A DNA stretch of 64,000 bases from assembly GCA_963843065.1 (NCBI GenBank), contig CAWJKX010000223.1, forward strand, positions 4,780 to 68,779, written 5' to 3'. Within the stretch, counting starts at the first letter, position 1. Every line of letters starts with the position of its first letter. Shown here piece after piece: positions 40,663 through 50,407 of this stretch. The notes under the pieces were generated by a model. The model did not search any database. It saw only the letters and a program-made list of their open reading frames with translations, and was not told the origin of the DNA. This stretch comes from an uncultured Bacteroidota bacterium (lineage in GTDB: Bacteria > Bacteroidota > Ignavibacteria > UBA10030 > UBA8401). Position numbers and translations under genes: made by a program.

Positions 40663-41776
40663 ATGCACACAAAAGAGGAAACAACGATACACTCTCAAGG
40701 TCGAAAATATTTTTTCAAGAAACAGACACTCGTTGCTTTGCTGATCTTTTTTTCGGGCTCTGCCGTCGCTCAGCTCGTACCGAATTTGGGAGGGCAGCGT
40801 GTCGGTATCTCCGCATATCAATTTTTGAAGATCGGGGCGGATTCCCGTGGGTCGTCCATGGGTGAAGCGTACGTCGCCGTTGTCAACGATGTTTCGGCAT
40901 TATACTGGAATCCCGGCGCACTCGTGAACTCTGAATCAAATCCTTCCATAGTTCGGGATACCGCTTCAAACGCCAACCGGTTATCCTATAACGGTCAGGC
41001 AGTATTTTCCCATACGGATTGGCTTGTCGGTTTGCAGCACGAATTTTTCGGAGCCAGTTATTTTCTCACGAATAATGATGCGGTCGGTATCGCTGTTACA
41101 TCGCTCCATACTGATCCCATGAGTGTGACGACCGAATTTCAGCCGACGGGAACGGGCAATTATTTCACCTACGGCGATTTCGCCATCGCGGGCACGTATT
41201 CAAAAAGAATGACCGATCAGTTCAGTTTTGGTGCTACGGTCCGTTACGTTCGCGAAACAATCGATGTGCTTCATATGGACGGGATACTTGTTGATCTCGG
41301 TACGTTCTATTATTTGGGGTTCGGCACCTCAAGGTTTGCGGTCGTCGTTTCCAATTTCGGCCCCGATGTTTCTCCGGCAGGGATGGCCACGCGGGCGGAC
41401 GGGACAACGGTGAATAGCTTTCAATCGTTTTCTCCGCCGACGATGTTTCGCCTTGGATATGCCGTGGAACCGTGGCTCGATGCCCAGAACCGGCTGACGG
41501 TCTCCTTGCAGCTCAACCATCCAAACGACAACGCTGAGAATATCTCCTTCGGAGCGGATGTACGCTTACGACAGAATGTTTTTCGTCCGTTTCGGTGCGA
41601 AAAGAACTATTGGTGAATCGCTTCTCGGTGCTCCGTCGTCGTCGGCCGAGAATTTTTCTGCCGGGGCAGGAGTGGTTATCTCCCTTGGAATTACGACTGC
41701 TTCTCTCGATTATGCGTTCGCAAACTATGACGACCTCGGAGTAGTTAATCGAATAACTGTTGCTATCACGTATTGA
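40663..41776 (+). pseudogene. PorV/PorQ-family outer-membrane beta-barrel protein, frameshift near 41555
   Basis: After the signal peptide: GGQRVGISAYQFLKIGADSRGSSMGEAYVAVVNDVSALYWNPGAL (family signature). The last ~70 aa (YAYDRMFFVRFG...LDYAFANYDDLGVVNRITVAITY*) are in the frame of ORF 41558-41776. Confidence 0.7.
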
Positions 41777-41780
41777 CTCC

Positions 41781-42869
41781 ATGATGAAGCTCATAATCCC
41801 CGGCGTAACACTCTGTATTCTTGCGGCACTCGGCGGTTGTCAATCACCGTACGACATCAATGATTTGCCGTCTGCGACTAATTTTCATTTTTCCGGCGAC
41901 ACGACGTACATTCAGACTGGCACGTGGAGAGGGTTCAACAAACCGAACGGAATTCTTTACGGAAGAGATCAGCTTTTTTACGTGCTCGACACGTACAACA
42001 ACCGTGTTGTAATGCTAAATCAGGCAGGGAACGAATTGAGTGAATTAAAGATTTTCCAGCCTCTTGCGGCAGCACAGGATACTCGACTTGATTTGATCGT
42101 AGCAGCAGCGGCTATCGATCCTGTCATCAAAGATACGATTGCCATTATTGTCCGCGTCAAGCTTGCCGCAGCGTTGGGAGTTCTCTCTAAGGCAGAAATT
42201 GATACTATCTGGAGAGAAAGCGCCCGTCCTCAAAGGAGGTTTGTTGGTGTGGGCATTATCCCGAACGATGAATATCTTGTCGCTCGCGACGGGCCGGACA
42301 ACAGCAGTCCGGTTGACCCCGATGCGCGCATTCTTTTGTTCCAGTATGTACACGAAAATCAAACCGTGCGGAGAGATTCGTTTATCACACCGCTCGGCGA
42401 TTTGCAAACGGGCATAGGAGGCTCGATCACTTCACTGAATCATCCGACCGGTCTGGCGACATTTCCCGGGAAATCCGATTTTGTCGTCATTCAGAAATCT
42501 ACTGGAGTGCAGTATACGGCATTATGGATGGTGTATTCGAAGACCGTCGATTTCGAGGGGTGGCTGCCAAAGTTTGATCCTGCAGCGGGTCAAGGCAGCA
42601 TCGATTTCATACTTCCGAATCGTTTCTTGGATCCGGAAGGCGTTGCTATCGATCCATCCCGTTCGGATGTTTTCATTGTCGACGCGCAGCAGGATAGCGT
42701 GGTTCGATTTAATGCAAGAGGCTTTTTTCAGACCTCGTCGTTTGGCGCCCGCTCTCCTCAGATTACTCTGGATCATCCGCACGGCATTGCCGTTGCGCTC
42801 AGTGTTCTCTATGTCTGCGACACCGACAACAATCGCATCGTCATCTACAGCTTATCGACCAGCTTCTGA
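41781..42869 (+). CDS. Lipoprotein with NHL-type beta-propeller repeats
   Basis: Lipobox ILAALGGC. Repeated motifs YVLDTYNNRVVMLNQAG, PEGVAIDP...VFIVDAQQDSVVRFNARG and PHGIAV...LYVCDTDNNRIVIYS. Confidence 0.6.
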   Translation: MMKLIIPGVTLCILAALGGCQSPYDINDLPSATNFHFSGDTTYIQTGTWRGFNKPNGILYGRDQLFYVLDTYNNRVVMLNQAGNELSELKIFQPLAAAQDTRLDLIVAAAAIDPVIKDTIAIIVRVKLAAALGVLSKAEIDTIWRESARPQRRFVGVGIIPNDEYLVARDGPDNSSPVDPDARILLFQYVHENQTVRRDSFITPLGDLQTGIGGSITSLNHPTGLATFPGKSDFVVIQKSTGVQYTALWMVYSKTVDFEGWLPKFDPAAGQGSIDFILPNRFLDPEGVAIDPSRSDVFIVDAQQDSVVRFNARGFFQTSSFGARSPQITLDHPHGIAVALSVLYVCDTDNNRIVIYSLSTSF

Positions 42870-42912
42870 GTTTTTCGGATCCTCCGGTCTATGTCCTGTT
42901 GAGTCGATGCCG

Positions 42913-43497
42913 CTACATCTCAAAAAGATTTTCAATCGCTGCGTAATATTTTCCCCCCATCCTGGCAATCGGCCTCAGTTTTTTTTGGTCGACAGACCCC
43001 AGGGAATACAATTCGTCCTTTACGTGAAATTGTACGATTTCTCCGATGATGAGGTCGCCGGGTTCGTTTCCAACCTCCAGGTGCCGGTGCAGCACGCACT
43101 CAAAATTCACCGGCGATTCTGCAATTCTCGGCGTTCTGATGCGCTCACTCGGGGCAAGCGTGAGGCTGCTTTGCTCGATCTCTGAAATTTCCGGCGGAAA
43201 ATCTGCCGACGAGAGTTTCATCAATTGGAGCAGTTGTTCTGTAACGATGTTGACGACAAATTCCTTGACTCGCAAAATATTCTCTGCCGTGTGTTTCATC
43301 GCTCCGTTTTTTCGCCCTGCCGAAATTATGACAAGGGGAGGAGACGAAGAGATCGCATTGAAGAAACTGTACGGGGCGGCGTTCACATTGTCGTCCACGT
43401 TCATTGAGGTAATAAACGCAATCGGACGGGGCACTACCGCGCTGACGAGGAGGTTGTACGCTTCTCGGGATGAAAGTGTTTTCGGATCGATAACCAT
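42913..43497 (-). CDS. Flavin reductase-like (FMN-binding split-barrel) protein
   Basis: 194 aa with AYNLLVSAVVPRPIAFITS...NAAPYSFFNAISSSPPLVII. Confidence 0.8.
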   Translation of the reverse strand: MVIDPKTLSSREAYNLLVSAVVPRPIAFITSMNVDDNVNAAPYSFFNAISSSPPLVIISAGRKNGAMKHTAENILRVKEFVVNIVTEQLLQLMKLSSADFPPEISEIEQSSLTLAPSERIRTPRIAESPVNFECVLHRHLEVGNEPGDLIIGEIVQFHVKDELYSLGSVDQKKLRPIARMGGKYYAAIENLFEM

Positions 43498-43810
43498 ACG
43501 TATGCTCCTTCAGATATGAAACAGAATCGCCTATCGTGCATACTGCAGAACGGCTGCCGAAAGTGCGATTGAAACGACAAGTTTCGAAAAATCGGTTCAC
43601 CAAAGCACCTTGTCTCTTCAGCTTGAGGAATCCTCACAATACCCTCATCAATCCTCTTTCCGTCATCATCAAGGAACGGTTCGAAGACTGCCGGAAAAGG
43701 CGCTTTTTGTTGGATTGTTTCACGGCTGTGTACAAGATAGAAAAAAAGTTGGGAGATTAAAAGGAGAAGTTTTTGTATATTCTGAAGAATACTATGATCC
43801 GGAAATTATC

Positions 43811-43924
43811 CATCGAGGCTTCTGAATAATCCAAAAAGTGCGGCTCGCGCAAAGTCGCAAGTTGATTCTAAAACAGAATCTTCGTGCCTTTGCGACTTAG
43901 CGCGAGACAATTTTTCAGATGTTT
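43811..43924 (-). repeat. Intergenic repeat family 1, copy B (inverted relative to copy A)
   Basis: The reverse complement reads AAACATCTGAAAAATTGTCTCGCGCTAAGTCGCAAAGGCACGAAGATTCTGTTTTAGAATCAACTTGCGACTTTGCGCGAGCCGCACTTTTTGGATTATTCAGAAGCCTCGATGG. It has a 17-bp stem, CTCGCGCTAAGTCGCAA / TTGCGACTTTGCGCGAG, with 16 of 17 positions paired. Confidence 0.8.
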
Positions 43925-44023
43925 CCCATCATCAAGACTTCGGCAATGGTTACTTCCCTTTCAATGATCATCCTATCAGAGTTATTAAATCACGGCCATT
44001 CTATCTTTTAAGAATATTTCATT

Positions 44024-45733
44024 ATGAAAACAGAGTATAAACTCAATAATGTCCCGGACGTAACGTCCGTTCAAGATATGATCGTCAAATCAGCGGCACG
44101 GTATGGCGACAAAATTGCCCTTGAGGACCTTAAAGAAACACCGATTTCAAAAGCTACCTACCGTTCACTCCTAAAAAATGTGCTGAAGTTCGGCGTTGCT
44201 CTCAAAAATCTCGGCATACGAGAACGGAGCCACATTGCCGTTATTGGCGAGAACCGAGTTCAGTGGGGGATATCATATCTTTCCGCGATGTGTTTCAATT
44301 ACGTTGTCGTCCCGATCGACAGAAACCTGCCTATCAACGAAGTGTTAAACATTATCCATGAAGCTGATGTCGTGGCAATTATTTTTTCAGACACGTATGA
44401 TTCTGTCTTTCGGGAACGAAAAGCATCTCTGAAAAACCTGAAGTACTATATCGGCATGGATTTGTCCGCCGCGAAAGACGGTTTTTATTCGATGAGAGAG
44501 CTCATTGAATCAAGCGCAGGTTGCCGTGTAGAAGACATGCCAAAGATTAATCCGGACGAAGAAGCAGAAATTATTTTTACTTCCGGATCGCTGGGCCGTG
44601 CAAAGGGGGTGATGCTGAGTCAGAAGAACATTGCTGCGAACCTCGTCGCTATGGTAAGAATGTTCTTCATCTATCCGGAGGATAAATTCCTTTCTGTGCT
44701 TCCGATGCATCATACGTACGAATGCACGTGCGGTTTGCTTTGTCCTCTCTACGCCGGCGCGTCGGCACACTATGCGCGCTCGTTGAAGACCGTTGTCGAA
44801 GACCTGCAGTCGGTGAAGGCAACGATGCTTCTGGGAGTGCCGCTCCTGTTCGATAAAATGTTCAAGCGGATTTACAGAACTATTCACGAAAAGAAAATTA
44901 CATCACTCGTCATTGGCCCTCTCATCAAAGTCAGCGATTTTGTCGAGCGGGTTGGATGGCGAAGCTTCAAGAAAATTGTCTTCAAAGAAATTCATAGGCG
45001 TTTCGGCGGGTCGATACGATGTTTCGTCGCGGGCGGAGCAGCTCAGGACCCGGTTGTTGCCAAGGGACTGCGCGAATTCGGTTTCAATTTCGTCCAAGGA
45101 TACGGGCTTACCGAGGCTTCACCGCTTCTTGCTTTGAACAGGCTGGATTTGTTTAAAGATGATGCCGCCGGTTTGCCGCTCGCGTCCGTAGAATTGCTCA
45201 TTCACGAGCCCGACTTGGAGGGGGTTGGTGAAGTGTGGGCAAAAGGAGAGAACATTATGGTCGGCTATTACAAGAATGAATCGGCGACGAAGGATGCGTT
45301 TGAGAACGGCTGGTTCAAAACAGGAGATTTGGGTCGGATCGACGAAGAGGGTTTCCTCCATATTTGCGGCAGGAAAAAGAATGTCATCATTTCAAAGAAC
45401 GGGAAGAATGTTTACCCTGAGGAGGTCGAAGATGTTCTCAATCGAAGCCCGTTTGTTTTGGAGTCATATATCTACGGCGAGGAGGATGCGAAGCAAAATG
45501 AAATCATCGCGGCGCAGGTTGTTGTTGACGCCGAAGCATTCATCGAACTTTCGGAACTGAAAGGGGTAAAGATTACACCGGAGTTGATTCACGAAGTGAT
45601 TGCGGGTGAGATTAAGAAGACGAATGCGGAATTGCCGGCCTTTAAGCAGATAAAGACATTCAAAATCCGCGACCAGGAATTTGAGAAAACGACGACACAA
45701 AAGATAAAGAGATATCTGGTAGGAAAAAATTAA
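44024..45733 (+). CDS. Long-chain acyl-CoA synthetase (AMP-forming)
   Basis: 569 aa with the AMP-binding motif IIFTSGSLGRAKGVMLSQKN, GYGLTEASP, TGDLGRIDEEGFLHICGRKKNVI and the C-terminal lysine region. Confidence 0.9.
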   Translation: MKTEYKLNNVPDVTSVQDMIVKSAARYGDKIALEDLKETPISKATYRSLLKNVLKFGVALKNLGIRERSHIAVIGENRVQWGISYLSAMCFNYVVVPIDRNLPINEVLNIIHEADVVAIIFSDTYDSVFRERKASLKNLKYYIGMDLSAAKDGFYSMRELIESSAGCRVEDMPKINPDEEAEIIFTSGSLGRAKGVMLSQKNIAANLVAMVRMFFIYPEDKFLSVLPMHHTYECTCGLLCPLYAGASAHYARSLKTVVEDLQSVKATMLLGVPLLFDKMFKRIYRTIHEKKITSLVIGPLIKVSDFVERVGWRSFKKIVFKEIHRRFGGSIRCFVAGGAAQDPVVAKGLREFGFNFVQGYGLTEASPLLALNRLDLFKDDAAGLPLASVELLIHEPDLEGVGEVWAKGENIMVGYYKNESATKDAFENGWFKTGDLGRIDEEGFLHICGRKKNVIISKNGKNVYPEEVEDVLNRSPFVLESYIYGEEDAKQNEIIAAQVVVDAEAFIELSELKGVKITPELIHEVIAGEIKKTNAELPAFKQIKTFKIRDQEFEKTTTQKIKRYLVGKN

Positions 45734-45851
45734 GCGGATAATCGGGGTAGTGAAAGATTCCCTTATTCTTTTCACCGATATGGCAGGCCACCCAAGTGGT
45801 TACTCACGACCCTCCACGAGGACCAACCCTTACGTTTCTTTGAGATGGCTT

Positions 45852-46736
45852 CTAATCGAATTGAATCAAAACTCCTGCTGAGCCTAAACCCACGGTTGGA
45901 GAAATTGCATAGTGCTTCTGGTGTGTCTCTACCTCGAACTTCCCTATTGCCACGCCGAGTGCCCCTCCGACAACAACGTCCGATAGCCAATGATCATGCT
46001 GAGTAAGCCGGGAAACTCCACAAAGTCCGGCGCATGTGTATGCAATTACTCCGATCCACGGACGTTCGCGTTCGGCAATCACTTCCGCAAGGCTAAATGC
46101 GGTGATGGTGTGCCCCGATGGGAAGGAATCGTATGGCGAAAAACCTCCGCTATAATACCGCTTAATAATTACCCTCGGTCCGTACCAAATGCTTTTACCG
46201 TTATCTACAAATGGGCGGCTTCTTCCGGCTAGATGCTTCAGCACTTGAACCACTATCCCGGAATGGAGCATCGCCTGAACTTCCAATAATCCCGTATCGA
46301 TGCGCTCGTCGTTATCAAAAACTAACCCATCCAAACAGGAGAATGCAGCGATACCGTATGGAACGTAGAACTGACCGAATTGTGTAGCAATAGGACTAAC
46401 TGTTTGAACCCAGTGATGTTCGTTTCGGAAATTGAAAACGTCCCTGGATATTGGTTCGTCAACCGTGATCACGAGCGCTGTCGCCACTACAACTCCACCC
46501 CACAGCTCTGCTTCATCCCCGTTCATTCGAAGGGGGGATGTCCAGATTTCGCCCTCATCGTGGAAAAAATTTCGGAGAAAATTTTGCTTTACCAGGTTCA
46601 GCGTGTCTGATTCACTTGTCGGCACAGCGGAAGCCCCCGCAGGATTTGCTACAGCGAGAGAGTCCGGCTTTGTTTGCGCAAGCGCGACGAACCCACATAA
46701 GCACAGAGTTATTCCCCAATGAGCAAAATACTTCAT
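45852..46736 (-). CDS. PAP2-family phosphatase (paralogue 1)
   Basis: Signal peptide MKYFAHWGITLCLCGFVALAQ. PAP2 motifs KHLAGRSRP, PSGHT and SRLTQHDHWLSDV. Confidence 0.8.
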   Translation of the reverse strand: MKYFAHWGITLCLCGFVALAQTKPDSLAVANPAGASAVPTSESDTLNLVKQNFLRNFFHDEGEIWTSPLRMNGDEAELWGGVVVATALVITVDEPISRDVFNFRNEHHWVQTVSPIATQFGQFYVPYGIAAFSCLDGLVFDNDERIDTGLLEVQAMLHSGIVVQVLKHLAGRSRPFVDNGKSIWYGPRVIIKRYYSGGFSPYDSFPSGHTITAFSLAEVIAERERPWIGVIAYTCAGLCGVSRLTQHDHWLSDVVVGGALGVAIGKFEVETHQKHYAISPTVGLGSAGVLIQFD

Positions 46737-46864
46737 GAAGTGGCAATTAAAAATGAGAAACAATATAGGTCGGCTGGCGTTTTTGCGAAAAAAAATCGAC
46801 ACAGACCTTGAAATTTTCTATAAAAATGAAGCCAACGTTGTGGAATTGTTCGGTGCGCTGAAAA

Positions 46865-47836
46865 TTAGTTTAAATTGAGGCTCATCTTGATACCTGCTCC
46901 GCCCGGAATAAGCGTCGGCTGAACCGACAAGGCGTGAGACTCGTCTTTTCCAAAACTCGCAACATCGTATCCCTCAGGATGTGCTGCAATCATACCGAAC
47001 GTGTAACCAATGGCCAAGCCGAGCGGATAGTCGCTGTACCAATGAATCCCAATATTCACCATGGTCACGCCGATCGCTCCTACAATCACGTAACCGACAG
47101 GCCGGATCCAAGTTATCTGTGGATAATTTTCTGCAATGACCACGACGGTAGAGATCGATGTGCAAAGATGACCAGTTGGGAATGCGTCATAGTGAGGGAC
47201 TCTTTTGGCATAATCAAATTGATTTGGGAAGAATCGCCAAACACCCCCGGGGGCTGTCGAAACAAATGGACTTTCTCTCCCTGTAACATGTTTTATCAGC
47301 TGCACAACTATTCCTCCTGAGAGAATTGCCTGCACTATTTCACTCCCCGTCCGCAATGATCGATTATCGTCGAATGTCAGTCCATAAAGTAGGTAAGCGC
47401 TGGCAACGGCTGCCTGAGCGTCTCCCTGCCCGAAATCAGTAATAAAATTGCTTACAGAACTGACCGTTGCAGATTCTTTGTCCCATTTTTTTTGCGTTTG
47501 CCACGTTTGATTGTCGGTGGCCATAAGAACTCCCGTAATTCCGGCAATTGCCGCATATTCGCCGATCTTGTCGCTGCGAAATGTTATGTTGTACCACTTC
47601 ACCCAGTCGCCGGGAACGTTCGTCACCATCGAATGCCATAACGGCTTCCCATCGGGGTTTTGCGGGAATGGCTGAGTAGAATTCGTGGTATCGGTTTGGA
47701 GTGATTGACCATTGGCGTTTTCGCTGGAACTGTCCGGAGTTTGACCAGCCACCGAAATCGAAGCCAAAATAGCCGAAGAAATGAGCACTGCGACGATATA
47801 AATGAAACAGCTAGAACTTAATCTTGTTACTATCAA
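46865..47836 (-). CDS. PAP2-family phosphatase (paralogue 2)
   Basis: PAP2 motifs KHVTGRESP, PTGH and IGIHWYSDY. Same architecture as the neighbouring gene. Confidence 0.8.
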   Translation of the reverse strand: MIVTRLSSSCFIYIVAVLISSAILASISVAGQTPDSSSENANGQSLQTDTTNSTQPFPQNPDGKPLWHSMVTNVPGDWVKWYNITFRSDKIGEYAAIAGITGVLMATDNQTWQTQKKWDKESATVSSVSNFITDFGQGDAQAAVASAYLLYGLTFDDNRSLRTGSEIVQAILSGGIVVQLIKHVTGRESPFVSTAPGGVWRFFPNQFDYAKRVPHYDAFPTGHLCTSISTVVVIAENYPQITWIRPVGYVIVGAIGVTMVNIGIHWYSDYPLGLAIGYTFGMIAAHPEGYDVASFGKDESHALSVQPTLIPGGAGIKMSLNLN

Positions 47837-47958
47837 CCTGGAATGAACCGTTAATTGTTTACAAAATGAGAAAAGTAAACTCTGTATAGCCTAAATAAAT
47901 GATACTAAAAAAACATTTAGGAAACAATATTGGGGAGTGGGGGAGAAGGAGAAAACAT

Positions 47959-47987
47959 AAAGGGCGGCAGAATAGATGCCGCCCTTT
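47959..47987 (-). terminator. Terminator hairpin after the PDZ gene
   Basis: 10-bp perfect stem AAAGGGCGGC / GCCGCCCTTT with a 9-nt loop, 19 nt past the minus-strand stop. On the minus strand the stem is followed by a T-rich run. Confidence 0.7.
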
Positions 47988-48005
47988 GTGCCGATGATAT
48001 TATCT

Positions 48006-48950
48006 TTACACTGTCGTGCGTGTCATTGTTTGTTTCAATTGATCAATCTGCATTTTCAGGTTACGCAGATCAGGCATGGCTTCCGGGCGTTGGATTCTCA
48101 GTTGAATTCCTTCGGGCTGAAACCCGTCAAGATCCGGAACGTTCTCAAAATGAAAATTGAAAGATGATGGCGGGTCATCTTCGTCCTCAATTTCAACCGT
48201 CAATGTCATGCTTGATCCCTTTCGGAGGACTTCGACTCCAATCTTGTCCCCCTTTTCGACCTCTTCCAAAGCATCCGAGAGATCCCGCAATTCTTCGATT
48301 GAATTTTTATTGACCTTTGTTATCACATCGCCTGCCTTAAAACCGGCTTTTGCTCCCGCGCTTTTCTTCTCTACCTTTTCGACTAGCAGGCCTCTTCCAT
48401 TTGGAGCGCCGAAATATTCGCCGAGTTGTTCATTCAATTCAGAGAGTTGAAGCCCCCATGTCCTCGTTGCTCCAAAAAAAGGCATACGAGGGAGCATCGG
48501 AGCGGCAAAAGGGAATCCTGAAGAGTGATTGGTGCGGCGAGGTTTTCCGACTGAAATTGTGAGGGATTTTTTTTCGTTGTCCCGAATCACTACAATCGTG
48601 GTCTTCGTGCCGGGCTTTGATTTTTGGACTGCACGCAAAAGGTCGCCCGCATCGTCGATCGTTTTGCCGTTAAACTCGACAATCACGTCTCCTTCCTTCA
48701 CTCCTGCAGAATCTGCCGGGCTGTCATCGAGGACGTCGCTCACGTAAGCGCCGTCATCGTTCTTGAGATTTTTCTTCTTTGCCATTTTCGAAGTAATGTC
48801 CTGAATAGAAACACCAAGCCATCCGCCTCTGTGATGGTCGCTGACGCTGACGACCTGCACACTTCCTTTATCATCTCCGGCGTCCACGCGTGTGCTAAAG
48901 AAGAGAGAAGTGCACACCAGCAACGCAAGAGAGAGTATCGTTGTTTTCAT
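48006..48950 (-). CDS. Periplasmic protein with two PDZ domains and no protease domain
   Basis: ATG at 48950 is preceded by AAGGAG. Signal peptide MKTTILSLALLVCTSLFFS. Two PDZ units (GAYVSDVLDDSPADSAGVKEGDVIVEFNG; GLLVEKVEKKSAGAKAGFKAGDVITKVN). Acidic, coiled C-terminal tail. Confidence 0.8.
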   Translation of the reverse strand: MKTTILSLALLVCTSLFFSTRVDAGDDKGSVQVVSVSDHHRGGWLGVSIQDITSKMAKKKNLKNDDGAYVSDVLDDSPADSAGVKEGDVIVEFNGKTIDDAGDLLRAVQKSKPGTKTTIVVIRDNEKKSLTISVGKPRRTNHSSGFPFAAPMLPRMPFFGATRTWGLQLSELNEQLGEYFGAPNGRGLLVEKVEKKSAGAKAGFKAGDVITKVNKNSIEELRDLSDALEEVEKGDKIGVEVLRKGSSMTLTVEIEDEDDPPSSFNFHFENVPDLDGFQPEGIQLRIQRPEAMPDLRNLKMQIDQLKQTMTRTTV

Positions 48951-49093
48951 GATACACTCCTTATTATTGTTGGAATCGAATATCTTGCTTGGCCCATCGT
49001 TCAAAGGATATAGACGATGGAGCCGCCGGTTTGTTCCCGCCGGGGATATTTGAAATTTTCAAATTACAATTTCCGATTTCTTTTGGACTCATC

Positions 49094-49128
49094 AAAAAAC
49101 GCAAAGGCCGGCAATACGCCAGCCTTTG
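49094..49128 (-). terminator. Rho-independent terminator after pfkA
   Basis: On the minus strand: CAAAGGCTGGC-gtatt-GCCGGCCTTTG (11-bp stem, 1 mismatch), then a G and a C followed by a run of six T. Confidence 0.8.
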
Positions 49129-49156
49129 TTGAATGCCTTGTGCTATTCTTTTTCTA

Positions 49157-50266
49157 CTAATCTCCGAAACAGACTCCCAGATCCCGTCCCGTCAGAATTG
49201 TATCGCAGTCGAGAGGAACCGTTTTCATGCGATGCGTTGCATCGGCAAGGGGGACGTACCGGACGGTCGGCGGGTCGAGCGCAACCATCACGCCCGATTT
49301 TCCTTCTTCTAATGCGCGCACTGCGGCGGCGCCGAAACGGAGCGAGATTAGCCTATCGAACGTCGTCGGAGTTCCGCCTCGCAATAAATGCCCGAGCACG
49401 ACGACGCGCGTTTCTTTTCCGGTCAGTTCCTGGATTTGATGTGCAACAGTCTCTCCGGCTCCGCCCAACCGTTCTGCCCGACCCAGCTCTTTTCCGATCA
49501 CTGAAGTCGTCCCACCGACCGGCATCGCTCCTTCGGCGACAACAACGATTGAAAAATACCGATGCTCTCTATCACGGTCTTTGACTTTTGCAGCGACTTT
49601 CGCGATATCGTAAGGAATTTCCGGTATCAAGATCACGTCAGCGGTGCCGGAGACTCCGCTATTCAACGCAATCCAGCCGGCATAGCGCCCCATGACTTCG
49701 ACAACCATTACTCGCTGATGCGCTTGTGCCGTGGAATGGAGCCTGTCGATACATTCTGTTGCGAAAGAAACGGCTGTATCGAATCCGAATGTGATAACTG
49801 TTTTGTCGAGATCGTTGTCGATCGTTTTTGGAACGCCGATGACACGTAATCCCTTCTTTTCAAATTCATTGGCGATAGTAAGCGACCCATCGCCGCCCAC
49901 GGCGATCAGCGCATCAATTTTGTTTTTCCTGAATGCTTTCATGATTTCATCAGAGCGGTCTTTTTCAAACCATTTTCCGTCTTTTCCTTTGGTCGGGTAT
50001 TTAAGCGGGTTCCCCTTATTTGTGGTTCCTAAAATAGTGCCGCCAAGATGTGTAATGCCCCTTACCCTTTCACGCGTCAGCCGCATCAATCCTCCTTCAG
50101 GGTAGCGCTCAGGGAGAAAAAGTCCGTTATACCCGTCGCGAATACCGATAACTTCCCAGCCGCGTTTCTCCGCAGAAACTGCGACAGCACGAATAACGGC
50201 GTTAAGTCCGGGGGCGTCGCCGCCTCCAGTGTTGATCGCAATCCGTTTGATTTTGCTCTTGCTCAT
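49157..50266 (-). CDS. pfkA: 6-phosphofructokinase
   Basis: 369 aa with RIAINTGGGDAPGLNAVIR, AVGGDGSL, GVPKTIDNDL and MGRYAGW. Confidence 0.9.
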   Translation of the reverse strand: MSKSKIKRIAINTGGGDAPGLNAVIRAVAVSAEKRGWEVIGIRDGYNGLFLPERYPEGGLMRLTRERVRGITHLGGTILGTTNKGNPLKYPTKGKDGKWFEKDRSDEIMKAFRKNKIDALIAVGGDGSLTIANEFEKKGLRVIGVPKTIDNDLDKTVITFGFDTAVSFATECIDRLHSTAQAHQRVMVVEVMGRYAGWIALNSGVSGTADVILIPEIPYDIAKVAAKVKDRDREHRYFSIVVVAEGAMPVGGTTSVIGKELGRAERLGGAGETVAHQIQELTGKETRVVVLGHLLRGGTPTTFDRLISLRFGAAAVRALEEGKSGVMVALDPPTVRYVPLADATHRMKTVPLDCDTILTGRDLGVCFGD

Positions 50267-50407
50267 GATGTCTCTCCGGGGGAAATACGTCCTCTTATTG
50301 CCGCGGGTTTTAGTCGCCCGTCGATATCCTATCGTACCATCGACTCGCAGAATGTAAAAATACGCTAGTGCAATTGCAATGGTAAAAAACGAGTTCGTCG
50401 AACGGTC

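Noticed and set aside
39973-40821. 282-aa minus-strand ORF, plus the other antisense ORFs inside the receptor gene
   Set aside because: It is antisense to the beta-barrel of the TonB-dependent-like gene and has no recognisable family.
43498-43810. Possible small gene or ncRNA in the 526-bp flavin reductase / acyl-CoA ligase spacer (ORFs 43536-43760, 43610-43825, 43434-43637)
   Set aside because: The translations have no motifs, no convincing start context and no terminator. I recognise no tRNA, SRP, 6S or riboswitch-like core. Only repeat copy B is supportable here.
49048-49064. 17-bp perfect palindrome ATTTGAAA-T-TTTCAAAT upstream of the PDZ gene (possible operator)
   Set aside because: About one perfect 8+1+8 palindrome is expected by chance in 64 kb (64000 x 4^-8), and more in AT-rich spacers. 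There is no second copy and no adjacent regulator gene, so it is not supportable as a site.
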